A stretch of DNA of 64,000 nucleotides from an uncultured Gemmatimonadales bacterium (GCA_963828735.1 CAWHFW010000005.1:96001-160000); one strand, 5' to 3'. Shown: positions 1 through 11,123, counted from the first letter of the stretch. Program-made: numbers and translations. The notes: generated from the letters alone by a model not told the origin.

Positions 1-772
1 GGAGCCGCCCGTCCGGCGAGAACGCGGGCGTGATGTTGAGCCCCGTATTCGTCCCCGGGACCTGCAGCGCCGCCCCGCTCGCGAGCGTCTGCACCATCAC
101 GCCACCCCGGCCGCCGGCCAGTACCGTGTACGCGAACCGCTGGCCGTCAGGCGACCACACCGGCGAGAGCGAGGTCTGACCCGCCGGGGTGAGCGGCGTG
201 ATCACCTCGCCGTCGCTGTCTATCCGATAGACCCGCCCACCCGAGACGAACAGCAGCCGGGTCGTCGCGACGCCTTCGGTGCCGGTGGCCCAGCGCGCGA
301 CCTGGTCTGCGATGTTGTGCACCTGGTAGCGGAAGGTCGGGTCGGTCATTGCCGGGAGCTGGAAGGTCTCCTGGACCCGGACCTTTCCCGCGGACAGGTC
401 GTGGAGCCGGACGGCCACGCCGCCGGTCACCTCGGACATCTCGACCCCGAATTCCGCCCCGAGCGCCTTGTAGATCCCGTAGCTCGTCCCACCGGCCTCG
501 GCCCCGCCGCGGCTCGCCGGCGAGGTATCGAGGGGGACCATCTCGAACCGGTCACTGTAGTCCAGATCGCGGTGAACGATCGCCCGAGCGGAGTCGAGTC
601 CGGCCCCGGGCAGGACGACGAGCCCGGGACGCACGCCGGGCTGGTACTCCACGCCGACGCGAACTTTATCGATGGCCTGCGTCGTGTCCTGGGCCGCGGC
701 GCGGGTGGCGCCGAGTCCCACGAGGATCGCCGGCAGAACGAGTGCACGGAAGCGGGAAAGCGGTCGGGTCAT
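1..772 (-). CDS. tolB: TolB-like periplasmic beta-propeller protein (5' part; runs off left edge)
   Basis: Not in the ORF track. Manual translation from ATG at 772 (ATGA overlap with upstream gene): signal peptide MTRPLSRFRALVLPAILVGLGATRAAAQ, then RDLDYSDRF, HNIADQV..TG..G, and PD40-type repeats SPVWSPDG and ITPAFSPDG; follows tolQ-tolR-tolA-like genes. Confidence 0.85.
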   Translation of the reverse strand, partial: MTRPLSRFRALVLPAILVGLGATRAAAQDTTQAIDKVRVGVEYQPGVRPGLVVLPGAGLDSARAIVHRDLDYSDRFEMVPLDTSPASRGGAEAGGTSYGIYKALGAEFGVEMSEVTGGVAVRLHDLSAGKVRVQETFQLPAMTDPTFRYQVHNIADQVARWATGTEGVATTRLLFVSGGRVYRIDSDGEVITPLTPAGQTSLSPVWSPDGQRFAYTVLAGGRGGVMVQTLASGAALQVPGTNTGLNITPAFSPDGRL

Positions 773-1464
773 CTCGAAGTGGGCTTGAAGTAGAAGCTCA
801 CGGGCAGGACGTCGGCGTCCCAACCGTCGGGGAGCGGACCAAAGCTCCGGGCGTTGCCAGCCGCTTCGACCGCGCCCTGAGCGCCCAGATCGAAGGCGAA
901 GCTGCCCGAGCGGGTCACGAAACGGATGTCGCGCACCGACCCGTCGCGCAGGATCAGGAAGCTGATCTCGGCGAAGTTGTTCTGCCGGGCCGACTCGCGA
1001 TCCCAGTTGCGATAGACCTGCGTGACGATGTTCCTCAGGTACTCGGGAAACGGAAACTGGAGTCCCGGCGTCTTGATCGTCGCGACATCCGTCCCGGTGC
1101 TCGGCGTCTCGCCTTCGGCCGGTGTGACCGGTGCGCTGGTCTTGGGCGGAGGCTCGCGCTTGGTCTCGGTCGGCGGCGGCTTGGGCGTCGGCACCGCGGG
1201 AGCCTTGGTCGGCTTCGGCTTGGGCGCGGGCTTGACCGGCGCCGGCTTCTCCACCGGTGGCGTGGGAACAGCCTCGGTGGCGCGGCGCTTGTTCGGGGCG
1301 GGCGCGGGAGCGGCGACCAAGTTGACCTGGTAGGTCGGCGGCCCAGCCTTCGCCGGCTGCACCTGGGTAAAGGCCAGCGCCGCCACGCTTCCATGGACCA
1401 GCACGGTCCCGATCAGGCCCGCCGTGGTACCCGGCGTGCGCCCGCGATCGGCCCGCACGTTCAC
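769..1464 (-). CDS. TolA/TonB family protein
   Basis: N-terminal TM with His (VLVHG), Pro/Lys-rich spacer, TonB_C-like end (F.ILRDG.V...SGS..FD..A..AV); between tolR and tolB. Confidence 0.85.
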   Translation of the reverse strand: MNVRADRGRTPGTTAGLIGTVLVHGSVAALAFTQVQPAKAGPPTYQVNLVAAPAPAPNKRRATEAVPTPPVEKPAPVKPAPKPKPTKAPAVPTPKPPPTETKREPPPKTSAPVTPAEGETPSTGTDVATIKTPGLQFPFPEYLRNIVTQVYRNWDRESARQNNFAEISFLILRDGSVRDIRFVTRSGSFAFDLGAQGAVEAAGNARSFGPLPDGWDADVLPVSFYFKPTSR

Positions 1465-1892
1465 GGCGCGCCTTCCTCCGCGGCCACGAGGCCCACGTTC
1501 TGGATGCCCGATCCCCGGATCACGGCCAACACGCGAACGACCTCGCCGTAGGGCACTCGCCTGTCCGCCTGGAGGTACACGCCCTCCGGCTTTCTGGTGG
1601 CCACGAGTGAGCGGAAGGTCACCCGAAAATCGTTGTAGGAGACCGACGTCTGATCCACGGAGATGCGCCCGTCGCGGTCCACCGTCACCACCATGCCCTG
1701 CTTGGGATCGAGCGGCTTGGCCTCGGCCCGCGGGAGCTCGACGTCCACGCCGCCTTGCATCAATGGTGCCGTGATCATGAAGACGATCAGGAGCACCAGC
1801 ATCACGTCCACCAGTGACGTCACATTGACGTCCGCCATGAGCGGCAGGTCGCCACGCTGGCTCCCGAGACCGCCTCCGAGCCCGGCCGACAT
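1461..1892 (-). CDS. tolR: TolR/ExbD family protein
   Basis: NVTSLVDVMLVLLIVFMITAP, ADRRVPYGEVV. Confidence 0.9.
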   Translation of the reverse strand: MSAGLGGGLGSQRGDLPLMADVNVTSLVDVMLVLLIVFMITAPLMQGGVDVELPRAEAKPLDPKQGMVVTVDRDGRISVDQTSVSYNDFRVTFRSLVATRKPEGVYLQADRRVPYGEVVRVLAVIRGSGIQNVGLVAAEEGAP

Positions 1893-2606
1893 CTAGAGCA
1901 GGCCCTCTCGGGCCATCGTGCCGATGAGCTCGTTGGCGAATCCTTCGAGCTCGCCCGCGAAGAGCCGCACGCGGTTGACGTAGAGGTTGTACGCGATGAC
2001 CGCGGGAATGGCCGCCGCGAGGCCCGCGAACGTGGCCACCAGCGCTTCGGCCACACCCGGAGCCACTGCCGCCAGATTCCCGGAGCCCTTGGTGGCGATG
2101 CCGGTGAAGGCGCTGATGATGCCGAGCGTCGTCCCGAGGAGGCCCAGCAGTGGACTCACCGAGCCGATGGTGGCGAGCCAGGGGATGTAGTGCCCCAGCA
2201 AGTCGCGTTCGGCCGCCACTTCCTTGCCCAACACCATCTTAAGTGCCTCGAGCTGGGTCGGCGTGAGCGTGCTACGGTCCGCGCCGCGCTCCTCGCGGAG
2301 CGCTCCGGGGCGAAGCTCGGAGTAGAACGTGATCGCCTCACGGAACAGGCGGTTGTAGGGCGAAGGCGGCTGCTTCATGACCGCGTGATACGCTTCCTGC
2401 AGCCGGGTGGTGCGCTCCATCTCGGCGAAGAAGCGGTCCGCCTGCTTGTTGAGCCGGCGGAACTGCCACCACTTGAGGATGATGATGAACCAGGAGACGA
2501 GCGAAAAGACGGCGGTGATGATCAACACGACCTTCGTCTCGGTGCTCGAGGTCAGGACCAGCTCGACCGCCGAGCGCGGCACGGCGCCACCCGTCTGCAG
2601 GATCAT
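1893..2606 (-). CDS. tolQ: TolQ/ExbB/MotA proton channel protein
   Basis: LATIGSVSPLLGLLGT, VAPGVAEALVATFAGLAAAIPAVIAYN. Confidence 0.9.
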   Translation of the reverse strand: MILQTGGAVPRSAVELVLTSSTETKVVLIITAVFSLVSWFIIILKWWQFRRLNKQADRFFAEMERTTRLQEAYHAVMKQPPSPYNRLFREAITFYSELRPGALREERGADRSTLTPTQLEALKMVLGKEVAAERDLLGHYIPWLATIGSVSPLLGLLGTTLGIISAFTGIATKGSGNLAAVAPGVAEALVATFAGLAAAIPAVIAYNLYVNRVRLFAGELEGFANELIGTMAREGLL

Positions 2607-3553
2607 CGCGCCTCCGTCCGGAACCAGTCCACGAGCAGGGGCAGACCGTCATCAAAGGTCCACTTGGGCGCCCATCCCAGCACCTTCTTCGCCTTGCCGA
2701 TGTCGAGGGCGCTCCGGAAGAGCTCGCCGGCGCGCGGCGGCGCGAACTCGAGCTCGGGCCTCTGCTTCATCACCCTTCCGACGGCGTCGGCCAGCTCGAG
2801 CACGCTGGTCTGACGCGACGTGGCGATGTTGAACGCCGGCCCGTCGAGCTCGCCGTTGACCGACAGCTTGACGGTGGAGGCGAGCACGTTGGCGCGCGCG
2901 ACGTCCTTCACGAACACGTAGTCCCGGGTCTGCTTGCCGTCACCGAACACGGTGAGCCTTTGCTTGTCGAGCAGGCGGGACACGAAGATCGAGACGACGC
3001 CGGCCTCGGACTTCGGATCCTGCCGAGGGCCGAACACGTTCGCGTACCGCATCGCCACGCCCTCGAATCCGCGGAGGGCGCCGAGCGCCCGGAGGTAGTA
3101 CTCGCCCGAGAGCTTGCTCACACCATAGGGGCTCACCGGGAGCTTCGGAGCGGTCTCGGGCGTGGGGATTACGTCCGGATCGCCGTAGACGACTCCGCCG
3201 CTGCTGGCGAAGATGACGCGCTTGACGCCCCCCTCGCCCGCGCCCTCGAGCAGGTTCACCAGCCCGACGACGTTGATGCCCGCGTCGAAGGCGGGCTGGT
3301 CGACCGAGACCCGGACGTCGATCTGGGCGGCGTGATGGTTGATGGTGTCGAACCCGCCCGTCGCCGCCAGCTTCCTCGCCTCGGGCGAGCGGATGTCGGC
3401 CCGGACGAACCGCGCGCCGGCCGGCACGTTGCGCTCGTGGCCGCGAGACAGGTCGTCAACGATGACGACCTCCCACCCCTCCTGGAGATAGGCCTCCGCG
3501 ATGTGGGACCCGATGAATCCTGCCCCACCGGTGACCAGTACCCGCCCGCTCAT
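2603..3553 (-). CDS. NAD-dependent epimerase/dehydratase (GalE-like)
   Basis: VLVTGGAGFIGSH, YGVSK, RYANVFGPRQ; start moved to ATG at 3553 (MSGRVLVTG). Confidence 0.9.
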   Translation of the reverse strand: MSGRVLVTGGAGFIGSHIAEAYLQEGWEVVIVDDLSRGHERNVPAGARFVRADIRSPEARKLAATGGFDTINHHAAQIDVRVSVDQPAFDAGINVVGLVNLLEGAGEGGVKRVIFASSGGVVYGDPDVIPTPETAPKLPVSPYGVSKLSGEYYLRALGALRGFEGVAMRYANVFGPRQDPKSEAGVVSIFVSRLLDKQRLTVFGDGKQTRDYVFVKDVARANVLASTVKLSVNGELDGPAFNIATSRQTSVLELADAVGRVMKQRPELEFAPPRAGELFRSALDIGKAKKVLGWAPKWTFDDGLPLLVDWFRTEAR

Positions 3554-3722
3554 GCGCCGTGCCTCGCCATGATCGCTCCAATAGGGGATTGCTGAAGGAG
3601 TGGAACCGTCGCCCCGCAATATAGATACGCGAAGCACAGAAGGAACCGGGACACGCGGACGTGAAAGCGACGCGGCGCCGAGGAGCCCCCTCGGCGCCGC
3701 GTCATCACCTCACTCCCGGAGG

Positions 3723-4985
3723 TCAGGACGGGAGCTTGGCGACCTGGGTTGCATCCGCGCCCGGCGGAATGTCGGGCGACAGGATGTTCAGCAGGCGAGC
3801 CGTGGCGCTGTGCTCCCGCACGTGCACCACTTGGAGGGTGGCCATCACGTCATTGATGAGCTGGCGGCCGTCCGGCAGGCGCTGAGCACGCCGGCGGATC
3901 TCGAACAGGTCACCCGCCGCGACGCCATCCTGGCGTCCCTTGTCGAGGAACACGACCATCTGCGGTGCCTTGAGGTCCTGCCGGCCGGGGCCGCCCAGGA
4001 ACGTGGCGTGAACGCCCTCGGTGACCGGCACCGCGTGAGCTTCGCCCGACGGCGTGAACTTCTCCGCCGGCAGCACGTGCTGCCCCAGCCGGATCGGCCC
4101 GTAGGTGGCGACCACGATGGCCACGTAGCGGCCCTGGACCGTATCGGTCACCTGGGCAAGGCCAGTGGGGATGATCACGTCGCCGTGGGAGGGAATCTCG
4201 CGACCGATCTGGACCACGAGCAGCGTATCGCCGATCTGGTACGTGGCGCCGCGCGGCGCCTGGATGGCGATGATCGAGTAGGGCAGCGCGCTCGCGTTGA
4301 TGCTGCTCGCGCGGATCTGCTGCGGAGTCACCGGTCCGAGCACCGCGCCGTACGGCAGCCGCTGGTTCTCGGTCAGAAAGCCGGAGGAGTAGAACTCGCT
4401 CCGCCGAAGCGCGCGATAGGGCTGATGCTTGTAGTTCCGCAGGCTCTCCTCGATCATTGCCGTCCGCGGGGGACCGAACAGCCCCTGCTCCTCGCCGCGC
4501 TCGTTGGCCGAGACGGCCGTGAGCTGCGCGAGCGTCTTCTGCGACGGGTCCGACGGCATGTCCTGCTGCGCGTCGGCGACGGGCGCATCAGCGACCCCGG
4601 TGCCGGCAGGCGCAGTATCGGATACCGTTGCGGGGACCTGGGCCATGGCAGGCATGGCGACCGCGCTGTCCGCCGGAGCCGCGGCAACCGGCGCCGCGGC
4701 CTCGGGCGTATCGGTGGCGGGAACGGCCTTCACGCTGTCGCCGCCGGCGAGGCTGAGCACCTCACCCGGATAGATCCAGTGCGGATCCTCGACGACGCTC
4801 GTATTCAGACGGTAGATGTCCGGCCAGAGGAACGGATCGCCGCGATACTGCTTGGCGAGGTCCCACAGCGTATCGCCCTGGCGGACCGTATGGGTCTCGG
4901 GCGCGGCAGCCTGTGCGAGCGCGAGACCCGGGGTCAGGGTCAGGGCAAGCAGGCCCACCCACTTCCAGTGGAACGTGCGCGGCAT
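3723..4985 (-). CDS. Secreted LysM peptidoglycan-binding protein, TsaP-like
   Basis: Signal peptide (MPRTFHWKWVGLLAL..ALA), LysM HTVRQGDTLWDLA...WPDIY..N...DPHWIYPGE, C-terminal VVFLDKGRQDGV..GD motif as in secretin-associated LysM proteins. Confidence 0.75.
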   Translation of the reverse strand: MPRTFHWKWVGLLALTLTPGLALAQAAAPETHTVRQGDTLWDLAKQYRGDPFLWPDIYRLNTSVVEDPHWIYPGEVLSLAGGDSVKAVPATDTPEAAAPVAAAPADSAVAMPAMAQVPATVSDTAPAGTGVADAPVADAQQDMPSDPSQKTLAQLTAVSANERGEEQGLFGPPRTAMIEESLRNYKHQPYRALRRSEFYSSGFLTENQRLPYGAVLGPVTPQQIRASSINASALPYSIIAIQAPRGATYQIGDTLLVVQIGREIPSHGDVIIPTGLAQVTDTVQGRYVAIVVATYGPIRLGQHVLPAEKFTPSGEAHAVPVTEGVHATFLGGPGRQDLKAPQMVVFLDKGRQDGVAAGDLFEIRRRAQRLPDGRQLINDVMATLQVVHVREHSATARLLNILSPDIPPGADATQVAKLPS

Positions 4986-5273
4986 CGGGGTCTCCCAGCG
5001 ACTTCGGTGTCGGATATGGAGATGGCGTTCAGGAACCGGACAACGGTTCCGGGGCGGGAGGCGCAAATTCAACGCCAGTGAACAGGCGCCCGGAAAAGAG
5101 GGGCTAAGCCACTGGCGAAAATAGGCTTGGCTTACCGGCCGGGGCCGTGGGGCACCCGGCCGGCTCTGGCGAATGGCGGGGGGTCGGGAGTTATCCGGCT
5201 GCCATAAGGCGGGAAACGGGGGCGGCCGGGCCGCGGCCCCGCCCAACCCCCTGGGACGACCCCAGTTCACTGC

Positions 5274-5754
5274 TCAGAAGGGGAGATCGTCGTCCTCGGC
5301 GTCGAGCGCCTCCGGGAAGTCCTCGAACGATTCCTTGCCTTTGGGTGCCGCGGTGGCCGCCGCGCCGACCTTGCCGGGCGGGGAGAAGGACGACTCCGCA
5401 CCATCAGCCCCGACCCGAGAGAAGGATCAGCTCGCGGGCGGTGATCTCGGTGGTATAGCGCGTCTGTCCCTCGCGGTCCTGCCACGAGCGATACTCGATG
5501 CTCCCTTCGACGTAGACCTTGTCGCCCTTCTTGCAGTACCGCTCGGCGATGTCGGCGAGGGTCGAGCCCTTGTTGTTCCAGAGCACCACGCGATGCCACT
5601 CGGTCTTTTCCTGTTTCTCGCCGGCCTGGTTCTTCCACTGCCGGCTGGTCGCGACGGAGAGCGTCGCCACGCGGGAGCCGTTCGAGGTGCTGCGGACCTC
5701 GGGATCGGCGCCGAGGTTCCCGATCAGGATGGCTTTGTTCAGACTCCGGCTCAC
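5274..5754 (-). CDS. ssb: Single-stranded DNA-binding protein (frameshift near 5407 separates the OB fold from the acidic tail)
   Basis: SLNKAILIGNLGADPE..TEWHRVV..KGDKVYVEGSI; stop at 5404-5406, but an adjacent frame continues to ...EDFPEALDAEDDDLPF* (TGA 5274-5276); AGGAGG upstream of GTG 5754. Confidence 0.9.
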
Positions 5755-5882
5755 ATGCACCTCCTAGATGCTGGCGTGGGGCCACGACCGTGGACCCGGG
5801 GAAAATGTAGGGCTCGCAAGTTGTGTCGTCAACCAAAGTTACGCTTTGACCAACAGAATCGCGCAGGGCGCCACGACACCCC

Positions 5883-6341
5883 TCACGCACTCTGCTCCAT
5901 GCCAAGCCGCAGCACCAGCGCATCCTCGCGCGGATTGCGGTAGTACGATGCGCGCTGACCCACCGGCCGGAAGCCGTGGCCGACGTACAGTGCCTGCGCC
6001 GAGATGTTGGATTCGCGAACCTCGAGAAACACCTCGTCCACCTTCCGGCGCCGAAACGTAGCCAGGCCCGCATCGAGCAACGCGCCACCGATGCCGCGGC
6101 GCCGGGAGTCGGGCGCGACGGCGAGATTGAGCACCTCACCCGTGCCGGCCACCTCGCGGCCGATCAGGTACCCGGCGACACCGCGCCCGGTCTCCGCCAC
6201 GAGGCCGAACGTCCAGGGCGAGGTGAGCGCCTCTCGAAAGCTTCCCTCACTCCAAGGATCGCTGAAGGCCCGCCGCTCGATGCCCATGAGCGCGCTGACG
6301 TCAGCCGCGACTGCCGATCGAATCCGGTAGGGGGCGTCCAT
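5883..6341 (-). CDS. rimI: Ribosomal-protein-alanine N-acetyltransferase (GNAT)
   Basis: IERRAFSDPWS, NLAVAPDSRRRGIG, LEVRESN..AQALY, R..YY..P.EDA; next to tsaB. Confidence 0.9.
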   Translation of the reverse strand: MDAPYRIRSAVAADVSALMGIERRAFSDPWSEGSFREALTSPWTFGLVAETGRGVAGYLIGREVAGTGEVLNLAVAPDSRRRGIGGALLDAGLATFRRRKVDEVFLEVRESNISAQALYVGHGFRPVGQRASYYRNPREDALVLRLGMEQSA

Positions 6342-7017
6342 GCGCCGTCTCCCAGCGAGCCTGCGCCTCGGCCGGCCGGCCGTAGCTCGGTTCCCAGCTC
6401 TCCACATGCTCGAGCCGCACCGCTCCTCCCGGCCGGTCGATCAGGCCGAGCAGGTCCCGCGCGTGCGGCGCGCCTACCGGTGGCGCGATGAGGGCCTGGG
6501 CGAACCCTTCCTCGAGCCGGCGGACCAAAAGCGGCGGCGCTTCTCCGACCAGCCGGGTCGGCCGGAGGCCCCTTCCCAGCAGATCCTCCGGCCGGTACAC
6601 GGACGGGGGGAGCAGCGCTTCGATGCCGTCCACGTGGAAGCCGAACGCCGCGGCGTAGAGCTCGCCGCGAAGCGCGTTGGCCACCGCAAGCACCGTCTCG
6701 CCCGGGCGCGCGACGCCACTCGCCCGCACCAACAGCGATGGCGCGGCCCAGACTGGAAGGTCTCGAGTGCGCGCCAGCGCCTTCGCCACCGCGACCCCCA
6801 CCCGGAGCCCGGTGAAGCTGCCAGGTCCGTCGCTGACCGCCAGGCCGGTGATGGCCGCGAGCCCGATGCCGGCATCCCGCAACAGCGCGTCGATCGCGGG
6901 CAGAAGCTCCGCGGCATGTCGGCGCGCGCCGACGATGCCACGCTCGACGGCATCGGCGGACGACGTCCCGATCGCGACCGACGCTCGGTCGGTGGCCGTC
7001 TCGATGGCCAGCCGCAT
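6301..7017 (-). CDS. tsaB: tRNA t6A biosynthesis protein TsaB
   Basis: LAIETAT, HAAELLPAI, GPGSFTGLRVG. Confidence 0.92.
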   Translation of the reverse strand: MRLAIETATDRASVAIGTSSADAVERGIVGARRHAAELLPAIDALLRDAGIGLAAITGLAVSDGPGSFTGLRVGVAVAKALARTRDLPVWAAPSLLVRASGVARPGETVLAVANALRGELYAAAFGFHVDGIEALLPPSVYRPEDLLGRGLRPTRLVGEAPPLLVRRLEEGFAQALIAPPVGAPHARDLLGLIDRPGGAVRLEHVESWEPSYGRPAEAQARWETAHGRPLPDSIGSRG

Positions 7018-7427
7018 CAGAGCGCCTCGAGCCCGCGGCGCGAGACGTCGGGAAGATGATGCAGGCGGAATCGCCGATCGGGCTCAGGCAGCCAGGCGCC
7101 CGCGCGCTCCGCCCATTCGACCAGGATCGCGTCACCCTCGGTCACCAGTCCCTCCCAGTCGAGATCGGCGGCTTCCTCGGGGGAGCGAAGGCGATAGCAG
7201 TCGAGGTGAAACACCGGACCGCGCCGCCCGCGATAGCGGTGGACGAGCGCGTACGTCGGGCTCGTAGCCTGGCCCGCCACGCCGAGCCCGCGCGCGATGG
7301 CCTGGATGAAGGTGGTCTTTCCAGCGCCCAGATCGCCCTCGAAGGCGAGCACGGCTCCGGGCGGTAACGACCGGCCCAGCGTTTCGCCTTCCTCGCCGAG
7401 CTGGGACAGCGTCAGCTCACGGATCAC
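7017..7427 (-). CDS. tsaE: tRNA t6A biosynthesis ATPase TsaE
   Basis: [25 protein letters not shown]. Confidence 0.93.
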   Translation of the reverse strand: MIRELTLSQLGEEGETLGRSLPPGAVLAFEGDLGAGKTTFIQAIARGLGVAGQATSPTYALVHRYRGRRGPVFHLDCYRLRSPEEAADLDWEGLVTEGDAILVEWAERAGAWLPEPDRRFRLHHLPDVSRRGLEAL

Positions 7428-9469
7428 GCTTGGCGGCGGAGCCTCGGCGCCGCACCCCGGCGGACGTCGGGCGCGCCCATTGCCTTGAGGTCGTTGAGCT
7501 GATCACGCAGCATCGCGGCGAGCTCGAACTCGAGGTTGGCCGCGGCTTCGCGCATCTGCCGCTCGAGCGACTGGATCGCGGCCGCGCGGCGCGCGGGATC
7601 ATGGAGATCCACCACGCCCAGCGCCCCCTGCTTGGGCTCGGGCCGCTCGGTTCGCGCATCGGCCACGTGGGTGGAGAGCCGGACCTCCTCCATGGACTTG
7701 ACGATGGAGCGCGGCGTGATGCCGTGCTCCTCGTTGTGGCGCTGCTGGATCACCCGGCGTCGCGTCATCTCGTCCAGCGCGCGCTGCATCGACCCCGTGA
7801 TCGAGTCGGCGTACATGATGGCCCGCCCGTTCACGTGGCGCGCCGCCCGGCCGATGGTCTGGACGAGGGAGCGGTCGCTGCGGAGAAAGCCTTCCTGGTC
7901 GGCGTCCAGGATGGCCACCAGCGACACCTCCGGCAGGTCGAGGCCTTCGCGAAGCAGGTTGATTCCCACCAGGACGTCGAAGTCGCCCAGGCGAAGCCCG
8001 CGAAGGATCTCCATGCGCTCGATCGCGTCGATGTCGGAATGGAGATAGCGCACGCGCACGCCGGCCTGCTGCAGGTAGTCGGTGAGGTCCTCGGACATCC
8101 GCTTGGTGAGCGTCGTGACCAGGACGCGCTCGTGGCGGGCCTCGCGGGCGCGGATCTCGTGAAGCAGATCGTCCACCTGGCCGCGCACCGGACGGATGTC
8201 CACCTCCGGATCCACCAGTCCGGTCGGCCGGATGATCTGCTCCACCACGGCGCCCTGCGAGAGCCGCAGCTCGAAGTCGCCCGGCGTGGCGGAGAGGTTG
8301 ATCATCTGCGGCACCAGCGACATGAACTCGTCGAACTGGAGCGGCCGGTTGTCCAGGGCCGACGGGAGGCGGAAACCGTACTCGACCAGCGTGAGCTTGC
8401 GGGCGCGGTCACCGTTGTACATCCCGCCGATCTGCGGGATGGTCACGTGGGACTCGTCCACCACGACGAGAAAGTCGGGCGGGAAGTAGTCGAACAGGCA
8501 CGCCGGGCGCTCGCCGGCGCGCCGTCCGCTGAGCGGCCGCGAGTAATTCTCGATGCCGGCGCAGGTGCCCACCTCGAGCAGCATCTCGACGTCGAAATTG
8601 GTGCGCGACTCCAGTCGCTGCGCCTCGAGCAGCTTCCCCGCCCCGCGCAGCTCGGTCAGCCGCTCGGCGAGCTCCGCCCGGATGGCAATGACGGCCCGCT
8701 CGATCTTGGACCGCTCGGTCACGAAGTGCTTGGCGGGATAGATGGCGCACTGCTCGAGCTGGGCGATGGTGGCGCCGCTGAGCGGGTTGATCTTGCTGAT
8801 CCGCTCGACCTCGTCGCCCCAGAGCTCGATGCGGATGGCCTGCTCGGCGTAGGCGGGAAAGATCTCGATCGAGTCGCCGCGCACGCGGAACGTGCCCTGC
8901 TCGAAGGCGACGTCGTTCCGGCCGTACTGGATGCGGACCAGCTCGCCGAGGATGTCGTCGCGCCCGCGCTGCTCGCCACGCCGCACGGTCACCATGAGCT
9001 TCCGGTACTCGAGCGGATCGCCGAGGCCATAGATGGCGCTCACGGTGGCGACGATGACGACGTCTTCCCGCTCCATCAGGCTGGACGTGGCGCGCAACCG
9101 AAGGCTTTCAATGTCCTGATTGATCGAGGCGTCCTTCTCGATGTAGACGTCGGTCGACGGGACGTAGGCCTCGGGCTGGTAGTAGTCGTAGTACGAGACG
9201 AAGTATTCGACCGCGTTCTTGGGGAGGAACTGGCGCAGCTCACCGTACAGCTGGGCCGCCAGGGTCTTGTTGTGGGACAGGACCAGGGTGGGCTTTCCGT
9301 GCGCCGCGATGGTGTGCGCCAGGGTCATCGTCTTGCCCGAGCCGGTGACGCCGAGCAAGGTCTGGTACTTGTCGCCCCGCTCGAGGCCGGCCGTGAGCTC
9401 GGCGATGGCCCTGGGCTGGTCGCCAGCGGGGGCAAAGGGGGCGACGACTTCGAAGCGGGGGGACGTCAT
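7424..9469 (-). CDS. uvrB: Excinuclease ABC subunit B
   Basis: [33 protein letters not shown]-terminal UVR domain; start at ATG 9469 (MTSPRFEVV). Confidence 0.97.
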   Translation of the reverse strand: MTSPRFEVVAPFAPAGDQPRAIAELTAGLERGDKYQTLLGVTGSGKTMTLAHTIAAHGKPTLVLSHNKTLAAQLYGELRQFLPKNAVEYFVSYYDYYQPEAYVPSTDVYIEKDASINQDIESLRLRATSSLMEREDVVIVATVSAIYGLGDPLEYRKLMVTVRRGEQRGRDDILGELVRIQYGRNDVAFEQGTFRVRGDSIEIFPAYAEQAIRIELWGDEVERISKINPLSGATIAQLEQCAIYPAKHFVTERSKIERAVIAIRAELAERLTELRGAGKLLEAQRLESRTNFDVEMLLEVGTCAGIENYSRPLSGRRAGERPACLFDYFPPDFLVVVDESHVTIPQIGGMYNGDRARKLTLVEYGFRLPSALDNRPLQFDEFMSLVPQMINLSATPGDFELRLSQGAVVEQIIRPTGLVDPEVDIRPVRGQVDDLLHEIRAREARHERVLVTTLTKRMSEDLTDYLQQAGVRVRYLHSDIDAIERMEILRGLRLGDFDVLVGINLLREGLDLPEVSLVAILDADQEGFLRSDRSLVQTIGRAARHVNGRAIMYADSITGSMQRALDEMTRRRVIQQRHNEEHGITPRSIVKSMEEVRLSTHVADARTERPEPKQGALGVVDLHDPARRAAAIQSLERQMREAAANLEFELAAMLRDQLNDLKAMGAPDVRRGAAPRLRRQA

Positions 9470-9532
9470 CGGGCAAATATAACCTGCCGGGGTTTGTTCG
9501 GAGAGGGGGGCCGGCCGCCTCCGACCCGAGCG

Positions 9533-9591
9533 CCCTGAGCCCCGCGACGGTGGGTCAGGGCCGGGCAGGCGCGGACGCACTCCGCCTGCCC
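9533..9591. terminator. Two GC-rich hairpins downstream of the aminotransferase gene
   Basis: CCCTGAgCCCCG..CGGtGGGTCAGGG and GGGCAGGCGcGGA..TCCGCCTGCCC; no clear U-tract. Confidence 0.35.
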
Positions 9592-9603
9592 GTCCCGCGG
9601 AGA

Positions 9604-10992
9604 TCAGCCCGTCAGCGCCGCGCAGAACTCCCCGAACACCGCGACGTAGCGATCCACGTCGGCGTCGGTGTGCTGCACCGATAGGGTCCACTGCTCTTCG
9701 TCGCCTGGCGTCATGAAGATGCCGCGGTTCAGCAACCAGGGGAACGACGCGGCGAACAGCTCCGGCTTCGTATCGAGGAAGTCCCGGTAGTCCTTCATGG
9801 GCTTCGGACGGTAGGACACGCAGCCTTTGGCTCCCAGATCGATCGTATGGGCGGGGAGCTGGTGCCGGTCGATCGCGGCTTGACACCCCTGCGCCAGGCG
9901 CGAGCCGAGTCGAGCGAGGTGGAGGTAGGCATCCGGGGTGAGGACCTCGGTGAGCGTCACCAGTCCGACATGCGACACGAGCGGGTTGCCGTTGTAGGTG
10001 CCCATCTGTGAGACGCCGCGCTCGATGAGCCGCATCAGGTCCTCGCGCCCGCCGAATGCGGCGGCGGGGAGGCCGCCCGAGATGGCCTTGGCGAGGCAGA
10101 CGAGGTCCGGCTGCACGCCGAAGCGTTCGATGGCCCCGCCCGCGGCGATGGTGAAGCCGGTCTTGATCTCGTCAAAGATGAACACCACGCCGTGCTTGGT
10201 GCACAGCTCGCGCACCCGCTGGAGGTAGCCGGGCTGCGGCACCACGATCCCGATGTTCATCATGGCCGGCTCCATGATGAGGCAGGCGATCTCGGAGCCG
10301 CGCTCCTGGAAAACGCGCTCGAGATGGTCCGCGTCGTTGAACGGGACGACCTGGATGTACTTGCCGGCGTCCTTCACCATCCCTTTCGACACGGGTGCGC
10401 TGCCGGGCCGGTCGCGGCCGCCCATGAGGTCCGCGTTGGGGACGATCGAGAACATCACGCTGTCGTGGTGCCCGTGGTACGAGCCTTCGACCTTGCAGAC
10501 CACGTCCCGACCCGTGGCGGCGCGCGCCACCCGGATCGCGTCCATGGTCGACTCCGTCCCCGAGTTGGTGAAGCGCAGCATTTCCAGGTTGAACCGCCGG
10601 CAGATCTCCTCGCCGAACGCCACGGCCGATTCGGTGGTGACCGCGAAGTGGGTCCCGCGGCTCGCCGCCTCGTGGATCGCCTCGACGATCCGAGGATGGG
10701 CGTGCCCGACCACCATCGCGCCGAACCCGCAGTGGAAGTCCAGGTACTCGGATCCGTCCTGGTCCCACACGTGACTGCCCCGGCCGTGGCTCACGTAGAT
10801 GGGATAGGGCTGCATCTTCTGAAAGGACGAGACGACCCCGAACGGCAGGGTGCGGCTCGCCCGCTCGAACAGTTGGGCTGACCGGGGGGTGCGCGTGAGC
10901 AGTCGAGCCATCTCCGCCTGCCCGATGTCCTGGGCGCGGGCGAGCAGCCGATCGCTCACCGACCGCTCGCCGGCGGCGAGGGTGGTGGTCAT
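9604..10992 (-). CDS. Class III PLP aminotransferase (glutamate-1-semialdehyde aminomutase-like; probably polyamine-related)
   Basis: [44 protein letters not shown]; divergent from the polyamine ABC transporter. Confidence 0.85.
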   Translation of the reverse strand: MTTTLAAGERSVSDRLLARAQDIGQAEMARLLTRTPRSAQLFERASRTLPFGVVSSFQKMQPYPIYVSHGRGSHVWDQDGSEYLDFHCGFGAMVVGHAHPRIVEAIHEAASRGTHFAVTTESAVAFGEEICRRFNLEMLRFTNSGTESTMDAIRVARAATGRDVVCKVEGSYHGHHDSVMFSIVPNADLMGGRDRPGSAPVSKGMVKDAGKYIQVVPFNDADHLERVFQERGSEIACLIMEPAMMNIGIVVPQPGYLQRVRELCTKHGVVFIFDEIKTGFTIAAGGAIERFGVQPDLVCLAKAISGGLPAAAFGGREDLMRLIERGVSQMGTYNGNPLVSHVGLVTLTEVLTPDAYLHLARLGSRLAQGCQAAIDRHQLPAHTIDLGAKGCVSYRPKPMKDYRDFLDTKPELFAASFPWLLNRGIFMTPGDEEQWTLSVQHTDADVDRYVAVFGEFCAALTG

Positions 10993-11086
10993 GAGGTCAC
11001 CTGGCTTGTCGTGGGGTCGGGGATGCTATCGCCTCGGAGGGGTCACTCAATGGCTTCCAGCTTGAGCTTGGATTCCCGGACGGCAG

Positions 11087-11115
11087 TTGTCAACTCCCGA
11101 AGGCGAGTGCACATT
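11087..11115 (+). promoter_or_regulatory. Sigma70-type promoter of potA
   Basis: TTGTCA-N17-CACATT, 8 nt before ATG 11124, no Shine-Dalgarno. Confidence 0.55.
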
Positions 11116-11123
11116 CTCCAAAC

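Noticed and set aside
9470..9520. LexA/SOS box upstream of uvrB
   Set aside because: No recognisable palindrome matching motifs I know
9470..9886. N-terminal extensions of track ORFs (uvrB, also LysM, smpB, pyrF, JAB, WbpA-like)
   Set aside because: They overlap upstream genes or promoters and lack family motifs; downstream starts chosen
9604..10992. Naming this gene hemL
   Set aside because: No tetrapyrrole genes nearby, and the context suggests a paralog; left unnamed
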